Shown: positions 1 to 14,300 of the stretch, piece by piece
How positions within the stretch are numbered: the stretch's first letter is position 1
How the letters are laid out: each line of letters begins with the position of its first letter
NCBI GenBank assembly: GCA_964016885.1
Contig: OZ024742.1
Coordinates: 341,868,001-341,932,000 of the forward strand
Source of the DNA: Eledone cirrhosa
Taxonomy: Eukaryota
DNA length: 64,000 nt
Direction: 5' to 3'
Made by a program: the position numbers and the translations under genes
The notes under the pieces: model-generated
The model's database searches: none
Told to the model about the DNA's origin: nothing
Seen by the model: only the letters and a program-made list of their open reading frames with translations

Positions 1-3000
1 AGTGTTAGCTTCATTACAATATTTAGTAAAACCCTGTTTCACTCTACACGTTACATCAGTGCTCTATCGAGAGTGTAGCTTCATTACAATATTTATTAAA
101 ACCCTGTTTTACTCTACACGGTACATCAGTGCTCTATCGAGAGTGTTATCTTCATTACAATATTTATTAAAACCCTGTTTCAATCTACACGGTACATCAG
201 TGTTCTATCGGGAGTGTTAGTTTCATTACAATATTTAGTAAAACGCTGTTTCACTCTACACGGTACATCAGTGTTCTATCGAGAGTGTTAGCTTCATTAC
301 AATATTTATTAAAACCCTGTTTCACTCTACACGGTACAACAGTGTTCTATCGGGAGTGTTAGCTTCATTACAATATTTATTAAAACGCTGTTTCACTCTA
401 CACGGTACATCAGTGTTCTATCGAGAGTGTTAGCTTCATTACAATATTTAGTAAAACCCTGTTTCACGCTACACGGTACATCAGTGTTCTATCGGGAGTG
501 TTAGCTTCATTACAATATTTAGTAAAACCCTGTATCACCCTACACGGTACATCAGTGTTCTATCGGGAGTGTTAGCTTCATTACAATATTTAGTAAAACC
601 CTGTTTCACGCTACACGGTACATCAGTGCTCTATCGAGAGTGTTAGCTTCATTACAATATTTAGTAAAACCCTGTTTCACGCTACACGGTACATCAGTGC
701 TCTATCGAGAGTGTTAGCTTCACTACAATATTTATTAAAACCCTGTTTCACTCTACACGGTACATCACTGTTCTATCGAGAGTTTTAGCTTCATTACAAT
801 ATTTAGTAAAACCCTGTTTCACTCTACACGGTACATCAGTGCTCTATCGAGAGTGTTAGCTTCATTACTATATTCATTAAAACCCTGTTTCACTCTACAC
901 GGTACATCAGTGCTCTATCGAGAGTGTTAGCTTTATAACAATATTTATTAAAACCCTGTTTCACGCTACACGGTACATCAGTGCTCTATCGAGAGTGTTA
1001 GCTTCATTACAGTATTTAGTAAAACCCTGTTTCACTCTACTCGATACATCAGTGTTCTATCGATAGTGTAGCTTCATTACAATATTTATTAAAACCCTGT
1101 TTCACTCTACACGGTAAATCAGTGCTCTATTGAGAGTGTTAGCTTCATTACAATATTCAGTAAAACCCTGTTTCACGCTACACGGTACATCAGTGCTCTA
1201 TCGAGAGTGTTAGCTTCATTACAATATTTAGAAAAACCCTGTTTCACGCTACACGGTACATCAGTGCTCTATCGGGAGTGTTAGCTTCATTACAATATTT
1301 ATTAAAACGCTGTTTCACTCGACACGGTACATCAGTGTTCTATCGGGAGTGTTAGCTTCATTACAATATTTAGTAAAACCCTGTTTCACGCTACACGGTA
1401 CATCAGTGCTCTATCGAGAGTGTTAGCTTCATTACAATATTTATTAAAACCCTGTTTCACTCTACACGGTACATCACTGTTCTATCGAGAGTTTTAGCTT
1501 CATTACAATATTTAGTAAAACCCTGTTTCACTCTACATTGTACATCAGTGCTCTATCGAGAGTGTTAGCTTCATTACAATATTCATTAAAACCCTGTTTC
1601 AATCTACACGGTACATCAGTGCTCTATCGAGACTGTTAGCTTTATAACAATATTTATTAAAACCCTGTTTCATTCTACACGGTACATCAGTGCTCTACCG
1701 AGAGCGTTAGCTTCTTTACAATATTTATTAAAACCCTGTTTCACTCTACACGGTACATCAGTGTTCTATCTAGAGTGTTAGCTTCATTACAGTATTTAGT
1801 AAAACCCTGTTTCACTCTACTCGATACATCAGTGTTCTATCGAGAGTGTAGCTTCATTACAATATTTATTAAAACCCTGTTTCACTCTACACGGTACATC
1901 AGTGCTCTATTGAGAGTGTTAGCTTCATTACAATTTTTATTAAAACCCTGTTTCAAGCTACACGGTTCATCAGTGTTCTGTCGGGAGTGTTAGCTTCATT
2001 ACAATATTTAGTAAAACCCTGTTTCACTCTACACGGTACATCAGTGTTCTATCGAGAGTGTTAGCTTCATTATGATATTTAGTAAAACCCTGTTTCACTC
2101 TACACGGTACATCAGTGTTCTATCGAGAGTGTTAACTTCATTACAATATTTATTAACACCCTGTTTCACGCTACACGGTACATCAGTGCTCTATCGAGAG
2201 TGTTAGCTTCATTACAATATTTATTAAAACCCTGTTTCACTCTACACGGTACACCAGTGTTCTATCGAGAGTGTTAGCTTCATTACAATATTTATTAAAA
2301 CCCTGTTTCACTCTACACGGTACATCAGTGTTCTATCGAGAGTGTTAGCTTTATAACAATATTTATTAAAACCCTGTTTCACTCTACGGGGTACATCGGT
2401 GCTCTATCGGGAGTGTTAGCTTCATTACAATATTTAGTAAAACCCTGTTTCACTCTACACGGTACACCAGTCTTCTATGGGGAGTGTTAACATCATTACA
2501 ATATTTATTAAAACCCTGTTTCACTCTACACGGTACATCAGTGTTCTATCGAGAGTGTTAGCTTCATTACAGTATTTAGTAAAACCCTGTTTCACTCTAC
2601 ACGGTACATCAGTGTTCTGTCGAGAGTGTTAGCTTCATTACAATATTCATTTAAACCCTGTTTCACTCTAGACGGTACATCAGTGCTCTATCGAGAGTGT
2701 TAGCTTTATAACAATATTTATTAAAACCCTGTTTCACTCTACACGGTACATCAGTGCTCTATCGAGAGTGTTAGCTTTATAACAATATTTATTAAAAACA
2801 TGTTTCACTCTACACGGTAAATCAGTGTTCTATCGAGACTGTTAGCTTCATTACAGTATTTAGTAAAACCCTGTTTCACTCTACACGGTACATCAGTGTT
2901 CTATCGAGAGTGTTAGCTTCAGTACAATATTCATTAAAACCCTGTTTCACTCTACACGGTACATCAGTGCTCTATCGAGAGTGTTAGCTTCATTACAATA

Positions 3001-6000
3001 TTTAGTAAAACCCTGTTTCACGCTACACGGTACATCAGTGTTCTATCGGGAGTGTTAGCTTCATTACAATATTTAGTAAAACCCTGTATCACCCTACACG
3101 GTACATCAGTGTTCTATCGGGAGTGTTAGCTTCATTACAATATTTAGTAAAACCCTGTTCCACGCTACACGGTACATCAGTGCTCTATCGAGAGTGTTAG
3201 CTTCATTACAATATTTAGTAAAACCCTGTTTCACGCTACACGGTACATCAGTGCTCTATCGAGAGTGTTAGCTTCATTACAATATTTATTAAAACCCTGT
3301 TTCACTCTACACGGTACATCAGTGTTCTATCGAGAGTGTTAGCTTCATTACAATATTTAGTAAAACCCTGTTTCACTCTACACGATACATCAGTGCTCTA
3401 TCGAGAGTGTAGCTTCATTACAATATTTATTAAAACCCTGTTTTACTCTACACGGTACATCAGTGCTCTATCGAGAGTGTTATCTTCATTACAATATTTA
3501 TTACAACCCTGTTTCAATCTACACGGTACATCAGTGTTCTATCGGGAGTGTTAGCTTCATTACAATATTTAGTAAAACGCTGTTTCACTCTACACGGTAC
3601 ATCAGTGTTCTATCGAGAGTGTTAGCTTCATTACAATATTTATTAAAACCCTGTTTCACTCTACACAGTACAACAGTGTTCTATCGGGAGTGTTAGCTTC
3701 ATTACAATATTTATTAAAACGCTGTTTCACTCTACACGGTACATCAGTGTTCTATCGGGAGTGTTAGCTTCATTACAATATTTAGTAAAACCCTGTATCA
3801 CCCTACACGGTACATCAGTGTTCTATCGGGAGTGTTAGCTTCATTACAATATTTAGTAAAACCCTGTTTCACGCTACACGGTACATCAGTGCTCTATCGA
3901 GAGTGTTAGCTTCATTACAATATTTAGTAAAACCCTGTTTCACGCTACACGGTACATCAGTGCTCTATCGAGAGTGTTAGCTTCATTACAATATTTATTA
4001 AAACCCTGTTTCACTCTACACGGTACATCACTGTTCTATCGAGAGTTTTAGCTTCATTACAATATTTATTAAAACCCTGTTTCACTCTACACGGTACATC
4101 AGTGCTCTATCGAGAGTGTTAGCTTTATAACAATATTTATTAAAACCCTGTTTCACTCTACACGGTCCATCAGTGTTCTATCGAGAGTGTTAGCTTCATT
4201 ACAGTATTTAGTAAAACCCTGTTTCACTCTACTCGATACATCAGTGTTCTATCGAGAGTGTAGCTTCATTACAATATTTATTAAAACCCTGTTTCACTCT
4301 ACACGGTACATCAGTGCTCTATTGAGAGTGTTAGCTTCATTACAATATTCAGTAAAACCCTGTTTCACGCTACACGGTACATCAGTGCTCTATCGAGAGT
4401 GTTAGCTTCATTACAATATTTAGAAAAACCCTGTTTCACGCTACACGGTACATCAGTGCTCTATCGGGAGTGTTAGCTTCATTACAATATTTAGTAAAAC
4501 CCTGTATCACCCTACACGGTACATCAGTGTTCTATCGGGAGTGTTAGCTTCATTACAATATTTATTAAAACGCTGTTTCACTCGACACGGTACATCAGTG
4601 TTCTATCGAGAGTGTTAGTTTCATTACAATATTTAGTAAAACCCTGTTTCACGCTACACGGTACATCAGTGTTCTATCGGGAGTGTTAGCTTCATTACAA
4701 TATTTAGTAAAACCCTGTATCACCCTACACGGTACATCAGTGTTCTATCGAGAGTGTTAACTGCATTACAATGTTTATTAACACCCTGTTTCACGCTACA
4801 CGGTACATCAGTGCTCTATCGAGAGTGTTAGCTTCATTACAATATTTATTAAAACCCTGTTTCACTCTACACGGTACACCAGTGTTCTATCGAGAGTGTT
4901 AGCTTCATTACAATATTTATTAAAACCCTGTTTCACTCTACACGGTACATCAGTGTTCTATCGAGAGTGTTAGCTTTATAACAATATTTATTAAAACCCT
5001 GTTTCACTCTACGCGGTACATCGGTGCTCTATCGGGAGTTTTAGCTTCATTACAATATTTAGTAAAACCCTGTTTCACTCTACACGGTACACCAGTCTTC
5101 TATGGGGAGTGTTAACATCATTACAATATTTATTAAAACCCTGTTTCACTCTACACGGTACTTCAGTGTTCTATCGAGAGTGTTAGCTTCATTACAATAT
5201 TTAGTAAAACCCTGTTTCACACTATACGGTACATCAGTGTTCTATCGAGAGTGTTAGCTTCATTACAATATTCATTAAAACCCTGTTTCACTCTACACGG
5301 TACATCAGTGCTCTATCGAGAGTGTTAGCTTTATAACAATATTTATTAAAACCCTGTTTCACTCTACACGGTACATCAGTGCTCTATCGAGAGCGTTAGC
5401 TTCTTTACAATATTTATTAAAACCCTGTTTCACTCTACACGGTACATCAGTGTTCTATCGAGAGTGTTAGCTTCATTACAATATTTAGTAAAACCCTGTT
5501 TCACTCTACACGGTACATCAGTGCTCTATCGAGAGTGTTATCTTCATTACAATATTTATTAAAACCCTGTTTCAATCTACACGGTACATCAGTGTTCTAT
5601 CGGGAGTGTTAGCTTCATTACAATATTTAGTAAAAAGGTGTTTCACTCTACACGGTACATCAGTGTTCTATCGAGAGTGTTAGCTTCATTACAATATTTA
5701 TTAAAACCCTGTTTCACTCTACACAGTACATCAGTGTTCTATCGAGAGTGTTAGCTTCATTACAATATTTATTAAAACGCTGTTTCACTCTACACGGTAC
5801 ATCAGTGTTCTATCGAGAGTGTTAGCTTCATTACAATATTTAGTAAAACCCTGTTTCACGCTACACGGTACATCAGTGTTCTATCGGGAGTGTTAGCTTC
5901 ATTACAATATTTAGTAAAACCCTGTATCACCCTACACGGTACATCAGTGTTGTATTGGGAGTGTTAGCTTCATTACAATATTTAGTAAAACCCTGTTTCA

Positions 6001-8399
6001 CGCTACACGTTACATCAGTGCTATATCGAGAGTGTTAGCTTCATTACAATATTTAGTAAAACCCTGTTTCACCTTACACGGTACATCAGTGCTCTATCGA
6101 GAGTGTTAGCTTCATTACAATATTTATTAAAACCCTGTTTCACTCTACACGGTACATCACTGTTCTATCGAGAGTTTTAGGTTCATTACAATATTTAGTA
6201 AAACCCTGTTTCACTCTACACGGTACATCAGTGCTCTATCGAGAGTGTTAGCTTCATTACAATATTCATTAAAACCCTGTTTCACTCTACACGGTGCATC
6301 AGTGCTCTATCGAGAGTGTTAGCTTTATAACAATATTTATTAAAACCCTGTTTCACTCTACACGGTACATCAGTGCTCTATCGAGAGCGTTAGCTTCTTT
6401 ACAATATTTATTAAAACCCTGTTTCACTCTACACGGTACATCAGTGTTCTATCGAGAGTGTTAGCTTCATTACAGTTTTTAGTAAAACCCTGTTTCACTC
6501 TACTCGATACATCAGTGTTCAATCGAGAGTATAGCTTCATTACAATATTTAGAAAACCCTGTTTCACTCTACACGGTACATTAGTACTCTATCGAGAGTG
6601 TTAGCTTTATAACAATATTTATTAAAATCCTGTTTCACTCTACACGGTACATCAGTGCTCTATCGAGAGTGTTAGCTTTATAACAATATTTATTAAAAAC
6701 CTGTTTCACACTACACGGTACATCAGTGTTCTATCGAGAGTGTTAGCTTCATTACAGTATTTAGTAAAACCCTGTTTCACTCTACACGGTACATCAGTGT
6801 TCTATCGAGAGTGTTAGCTTCATTACAATATTCATTAAAACCCTGTTTCACTCTACACGGTACATCAGTGCTCTATCGAGAGTGTTAGCTTTATAACAAT
6901 ATTTATTAAAACCCTGTTTCACTCTACACGGTACATCAGTGCTCTATCGAGAGCGTTAGCTTCTTTACAATATTTATTAAAACCCTGTTTCACTCTACAC
7001 GGTACATCAGTGTTCTATCGAGAGTGTTAGTTTCATTACAATATTTATTAAAACCCTGTTTTACTCTACACGGTACATCAGTGCTCTATCGAGAGTGTTA
7101 TCTTCATTACAATATTTATTAAAACCCTGTTTCAATCTACACGGTACATCAGTGTTCTATCGAGAGTGTTAGCTTCTTTACAGTTTTTAGTAAAACCCTG
7201 TTTCACTCTACTCGATACATCAGTGTTCTATCGAGAGTGTAGCTTCATTACAATATTTAGTAAAAGCCTGTTCCACTCTACACGGTACATTAGTACTCTA
7301 TCGAGAGTGTTAGCTTTATAACAATATTTATTAAAACCCTGTTACACACTACACGGTACATCAGTGCTCTATCGAGAGTGTTAGCTTTATAACAATATTT
7401 ATTAAAAACCTGTTTCACTCTACACGGTACATCAGTGTTCTATCGAGAGTGTTAGCTTCATTACAGTATTTAGTAAAACCCTGTTTCACTCTACACGGTA
7501 CATCAGTGTTCTATCGAGAGTGTTAGCTTCATTACAATATTCATTAAAACCCTGTTTCACTCTACACGGTACATCAGTGCTCTATCGAGAGTGTTAGCTT
7601 TATAACAATATTTATTAAAACCTTGTTTCACTCTACACGGTACATCAGTGCTCTATCGAGAGCATTAGCTTCTTTACAATATTTATTAAAACCCTGTTTC
7701 ACTCTACACGGTACATCAGTGTTCTATCGAGAGTGTTAGCTTCATTACAATATTTAGTAAAACCCTGTTTCACTCTACACGATACATCAGTGCTCTATCG
7801 AGAGTGTAGCTTCATTACAATATTTATTAAAACCCTGTTTTACTCTACACGGTACATCAGTGCTCTATCGACAGTGTTATCTTCATTACAATATTTATTA
7901 AAACCCTGTTTCAATCTACACGGTACATCCGTGTTCTATCGGGAGTGTTAGCTTCATTACAATATTTAGTAAAACGCTGTTTCACTCTACACGGTACATC
8001 AGTGTTCTATCGAGAGTGTTAGCTTCATTACAATATTTATTAAAACCCTGTTTCACTCTACACGGTACAACAGTGTTCTATCGGGAGTGTTAGCTTCATT
8101 ACAATATTTATTAAAACGCTGTTTCACTCTACACGGTACATCAGTGTTCTATCGAGAGTGTTAGCTTCATTACAATATTTAGTAAAACCCTGTTTCACGC
8201 TACACGGTACATCAGTGTTCTATCGGGAGTGTTAGCTTCATTACAATATTTAGTAAAACCCTGTATCACCCTACACTGTACATCAGTGTTCTATCGGGAG
8301 TGTTAGCTACATTACAATATTTATTAAAACGCTGTTTCACTCTACACGGTACATCAGTGTTCTATCGAGAGTTTTAGCTTCATTACAGTATTTAGTAAA

Positions 8400-11300
8400 A
8401 CCCTGTTTCACTCTACACGGTACATCAGTGTTCTATCGAGAGTGTTAGCTTCATTACAATATTCATTAAAACCCTGTTTCACTCTACACGGTACATCAGT
8501 GCTCTATCGAGAGTGTTAGCTTTATAACAATATTTATTAAAACCCTGTTTCACTCTACACGGTACATCAGTGCTCGATCGAGAGCGTTAGCTTCTTTACA
8601 ATATTTATTAAAACCCTGTTTCACACTACACGGTACATCAGTGTTCTATCGAGAGTGTTAGCTTCATTACAATATTTAGTAAAACCCTGTTTCACTCTAC
8701 ACGATACATCAGTGCTCTATCGAGAGTGTAGCTTCATTACAATATTTATTAAAACCCTGTTTTACTCTACACGGTACATCAGTGCTCTATCGAGAGTGTT
8801 ATCTTCATTACAATATTTATTAAAACCCTGTTTCAATCTACACGGTACATCAGTGTTCTATCGGGAGTGTTAGCTTCATTACAATATTTAGTAAAACGCT
8901 GTTTCACTCTACACGGTACATCAGTGCTCTATCGAGAGTGTTAGCTTCATTACAATATTTATTAAAACCCTGTTTCACTCTACACGGTACATCACTGTTC
9001 TATCGAGAGTTTTAGCTTCATTACGATATTTAGTAAAACCTGTTTCACTCTACACGGTACATCAGTGCTCTATCGAGAGTGTTAGCTTCATTACAATATT
9101 CATTAAAACCCTGTTTCACTCTACACGGTACATCAGTGCTCTATCGAGAGTGTTAGCTTTATAACAATATTTATTAAAACCCTGTTTCACTCTACACGGT
9201 ACATCAGTGCTCTATCGAGAGCGTTAGCTTCTTTACAATATTTATTAAAACCCTGTTTCACTCTACACGGTACATCAGTGCTCTATCGAGAGTGTTAGCT
9301 TTATAACAATATTTATTAAAAACCTGTTTCACTCTACACGGTTCATCAGTGTTCTATCGAGAGTGTTAGCTTCATTACAGTATTTAGTAAAACCCTGTTT
9401 CACTCTACACGGTACATCAGTGTTCTATCGAGAGTGTTAGCTTCATTACAATATTCATTAAAACCCTGTTTCACTCTACACGGTACATCAGTGCTCTATC
9501 GAGAGTGTTAGCTTTATAACAATATTTATTAAAACCCTGTTTCACTCTACACGGTACATCAGTGCTCTATCGAGAGCGTTAGCTTCTTTACAATATTTAT
9601 TAAAACCCTGTTTCACTCTACACGGTACATCAGTGTTCTATCGAGAGTGTTAGTTTCATTACAATATTTAGTAAAAACCTGTTTCAATCTACACGATACA
9701 TCAGTGCTCTATCGAGAGTGTAGCTTCATTACAATATTTATTAAAACCCTGTTTTACTCTACACGGTACATCAGTGTTCTATCGAGAGTGTTATCTTCAT
9801 TACAATATTTATTAAAACCCTGTTTCAATCTACACGGTACATCAGTGTTCTATCGAGAGTGTTAGCTTCTTTACAGTTTTTAGTAAAACCCTGTTTCACT
9901 CTACTCGATACATCAGTGTTCTATCGAGAGTGTAGCTTCATTACAATATTTAGTAAAACCCTGTTTCACTCTACACTGTACATTAGTACTCTATCGAGAG
10001 TGTTAGCTTTATAACAATATTTATTAAAACCCTGTTTCACACTACACGGTACATCAGTGCTCTATCGAGAGTGTTAGCTTTATAACAATATTTATTAAAA
10101 ACCTGTTTCACTCTACACGGTACATCAGTGTTCTATCGAGAGTGTTAGCTTCATTACAGTATTTAGTAAAACCCTGTTTCACTCTACACGGTACATCAGT
10201 GTTCTATCGAGAGTGTTAGCTTCATTACAATATTCATTAAAACCCTGTTTCACTCTACACGGTACATCAGTGCTCTATCGAGAGTGTTAGCTTTATAACA
10301 ATATTTATTAAAACCCTGTTTCACTCTACACGGTACATCAGTGCTCTATCGAGAGCGTTAGCTTCTTTACAATATTTATTAAAACCCTGTTTCACTCTAC
10401 ACGGTACATCAGTGTTCTATCGAGAGTGTTAGCTTCATTACAATATTTAGTAAAACCCTGTTTCACTCTACACGATACATCAGTGCTCTATCGAGTGTGT
10501 AGCTTCATTACAATATTTATTAAAACCCTGTTTTACTCTACACGGTACATCAGTGCTCTATCGACAGTGTTATCTTCATTACAATATTTATTAAAACCCT
10601 GTTTCAATCTACACGGTACATCCGTGTTCTATCGGGAGTGTTAGCTTCATTACAATATTTATTAAAACGCTGTTTCACTCTACACGGTACATCAGTGTTC
10701 TATCGAGAGTGTTAGCTTCATTACAATATTTATTAAAACCCTGTTTCACTCTACACGGTACATCACTGTTCTATCGAGAGTTTTAGCTTCATTACAATAT
10801 TTAGTAAAACCTGTTTCACTCTACACGGTACATCAGTGCTCTATCGAGAGTGTTAGCTTCATTACAATATTCATTAAAACCCTGTTTCACTCTACACGGT
10901 ACATCAGTGCTCTATCGAGAGTGTTAGCTTCATTACAGTTTTTAGTAAAACCCTGTTTCACTCTACTCGATACATCAGTGTTCTATCGAGAGTGTAGCTT
11001 CATTACAATATTTAGTAAAACCCTGTTTCACTCTACACGGTACATTAGTACTCTATCGAGAGTGTTAGCTTTATAACGATATTTATTAAAACCCTGTTTC
11101 ACACTACACGGTACATCAGTGCTCTATCGAGAGTGTTAGCTTTATAACAATATTTATTAAAAACCTGTTTCACTCTACACGGTACATCAGTGTTCTATCG
11201 AGAGTGTTAGCTTCATTACAGTATTTAGTAAAACCCTGTTTCACTCTACACGGTACATCAGTGTTCTATCGAGAGTGTTAACTTCATTACAATATTCATT

Positions 11301-14300
11301 AAAACCCTGTTTCACTCTACACGGTACATCAGTGCTCTATCGAGAGTGTTAGCTTTATAACAATATTTATTAAAACCATGTTTCACTCTACACGGTACAT
11401 CAGTGCTCTATCGAGAGCGTTAGCTTCTTTACAATATTTATTAAAACCCTGTATCACTATACACGGTACATCAGTGTTCTATCGAGAGTGTTAGCTTCAT
11501 TACAATATTTAGTAAAACCCTGTTTCACTCTACACGATACATCAGTGCTCTATCGAGAGTGTAGCTTCATTACAATATTTATTAAAACCCTGTTTTACTC
11601 TACACGGTACATCAGTGCTCTATCGAGAGTGTTATCTTCATTACAATATTTATTAAAACCCTGTTTCAATCTACACGGTACATCAGTGTTCTATCGGGAG
11701 TGTTAGCTTCATTACAATATTTAGTAAAACGCTGTTTCACTCTACATGGTACATCAGTGTTCTATCGAGAGTGTTAGCTTCATTACAATATTCATTAAAA
11801 CCCTGTTTCACTCTACACGGTACATCAGTGCTCTATCGAGAGTGTTAGCTTTATAACAATATTTATTAAAACCCTGTTTCACTCTACACGGTACATCAGT
11901 GCTCGATCGAGAGCGTTAGCTTCTTTACAATATTTATTAAAACCCTGTTTCACACTACACGGTACATCAGTGTTCTATCGAGAGTGTTAGCTTCACTACA
12001 ATATTTAGTAAAACCCTGTTTCACTCTACACGATACATCAGTGCTCTATCGAGAGTGTAGCTTCATTACAATATTTATTAAAACCCTGTTTTACTCTACA
12101 CGGTACATCAGTGCTCTATCGAGAGTGTTATCTTCATTACAATATTTATTAAAACCCTGTTTCAATCTACACGGTACATCAGTGTTCTATCGGGAGTGTT
12201 AGCTTCATTACAATATTTAGTAAAACGCTGTTTCACTCTACACGGTACATCAGTGCTCTATCGAGAGTGTTAGCTTCATTACAATATTTATTAAAACCCT
12301 GTTTCACTCTACACGGTACATCACTGTTCTATCGAGAGTTTTAGCTTCATTACAATATTTAGTAAAACCTGTTTCACTCTACACGGTACATCAGTGCTCT
12401 ATCGAGAGTGTTAGCTTCATTACAATATTCATTAAAACCCTGTTTCACTCTACACGGTACATCAGTGCTCTATCGAGAGTGTTAGCTTTATAACAATATT
12501 TATTAAAACCCTGTTTCACTCTACACGGTACATCAGTGCTCTATCGAGAGCGTTAGCTTCTTTACAATATTTATTAAAACCCTGTTTCACTCTACACGGT
12601 ACATCAGTGCTCTATCGAGAGTGTTAGCTTTATAACAATATTTATTAAAAACCTGTTTCACTCTACACGGTACATCAGTGTTCTATCGAGAGTGTTAGCT
12701 TCATTACAGTATTTAGTAAAACCCTGTTTCACTCTACACGGTACATCAGTGTTCTATCGAGAGTGTTAGCTTCATTACAATATTCATTAAAACCCTGTTT
12801 CACTCTACACGGTACATCAGTGCTCTATCGAGAGTGTTAGCTTTATAACAATATTTATTAAAACCCTGTTTCACTCTACACGGTACATCAGTGCTCTATC
12901 GAGAGCGTTAGCTTCTTTACAATATTTATTAAAACCCTGTTTCACTCTACACGGTACATGAGTGTTCTATCGAGAGTGTTAGTTTCATTACAATATTTAG
13001 TAAAAACCTGTTTCAATCTACACGATACATCAGTGCTCTATCGAGAGTGTAGCTTCATTACAATATTTATTAAAACCCTGCTTTACTCTACACGGTACAT
13101 CAGTGCTCTATCGAGAGTGTTATCTTCATTACAATATTTATTAAAACCCTGTTTCAATCTACACGGTACATCAGTGTTCTATCGAGAGTGTTAGCTTCTT
13201 TACAGTTTTTAGTAAAACCCTGTTTCACTCTACTCGATACATCAGTGTTCTATCGAGAGTGTAGCTTCATTACAATATTTAGTAAAACCCTGTTTCACGC
13301 TACACGGTACATTAGTACTCTATCGAGAGTGTTAGCTTTATAACAATATTTATTAAAACCCTGTTTCACACTACACGGTACATCAGTGCTCTATCGAGAG
13401 TGTTAGCTTTATAACAATATTTATTAAAAACCTGTTTCACTCTACACGGTACATCAGTGATCTATCGAGAGTGTTAGCTTCATTACAGTATTTAGTAAAA
13501 CCCTGTTTCACTCTACACGGTACATCAGTGTTCTATCGAGAGTGTTAGCTTCATTACAATATTCATTAAAACCCTGTTTCACTCTACACGGTACATCAGT
13601 GCTCTATCGAGAGTGTTAGCTTTATAACAATATTTATTAAAACCCTGTTTCACTCTACACGGTACATCAGTGCTCTATCGAGAGCGTTAGCTTCTTTACA
13701 ATATTTATTAAAACCCTGTTTCACTCTACACGGTACATCAGTGTTCTATCGAGAGTGTTAGCTTCATTACAATATTTAGTAAAACCCTGTTTCACTCTAC
13801 ACGATACATCAGTGCTCTATCGAGTGTGTAGCTTCATTACAATATTTATTAAAACCCTGTTTTACTCTACACGGTACATCAGTGCTCTATCGACAGTGTT
13901 ATCTTCATTACAATATTTATTAAAACCCTGTTTCAATCTACACGGTACATCCGTGTTCTATCGGGAGTGCTAGCTTCATTACAATATTTAGTAAAACGCT
14001 GTTTCACTCTACACGGTACATCAGTGTTCTATCGGGAGTGTTAGCTTCATTACAATATTTATTAAAACGCTGTTTCACTCTACACGGTACATCAGTATTC
14101 TATCGAGAGTGTTAGCTTCATTACAATATTTAGAAAAATCCTGTTTCACGCTACACGGTACATCAGTGTTCTATCGGGAGTGTTAGCTTCATTACAATAT
14201 TTAGTAAAACCCTGTATCACCCTACACTGTACATCAGTGTTCTATCGGGTGTGTTAGCTTCATTACAATATTTATTAAAACGCTGTTTCACTCTACACGG

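Noticed and set aside
16-40. Phased A-tract curvature, promoter-like AT box or CENP-B box
   Set aside because: The A/T tracts are short and confined to one part of the monomer, and 71 bp is about 6.8 helical turns, so they are not in phase between units. There is no match to the CENP-B box core (TTCG-N4-A-N2-CGGG), and AT-rich motifs are expected by chance.
1-71. Tandem tRNA or other structured-RNA gene array (unit is tRNA-sized)
   Set aside because: I could not build a cloverleaf with an acceptor stem on either strand, found no convincing A-box/B-box pair (GTTCTATC occurs only in the T62 allele and lacks a T-stem), and there are no spacers between units. tRNAscan-SE or Infernal would settle it.
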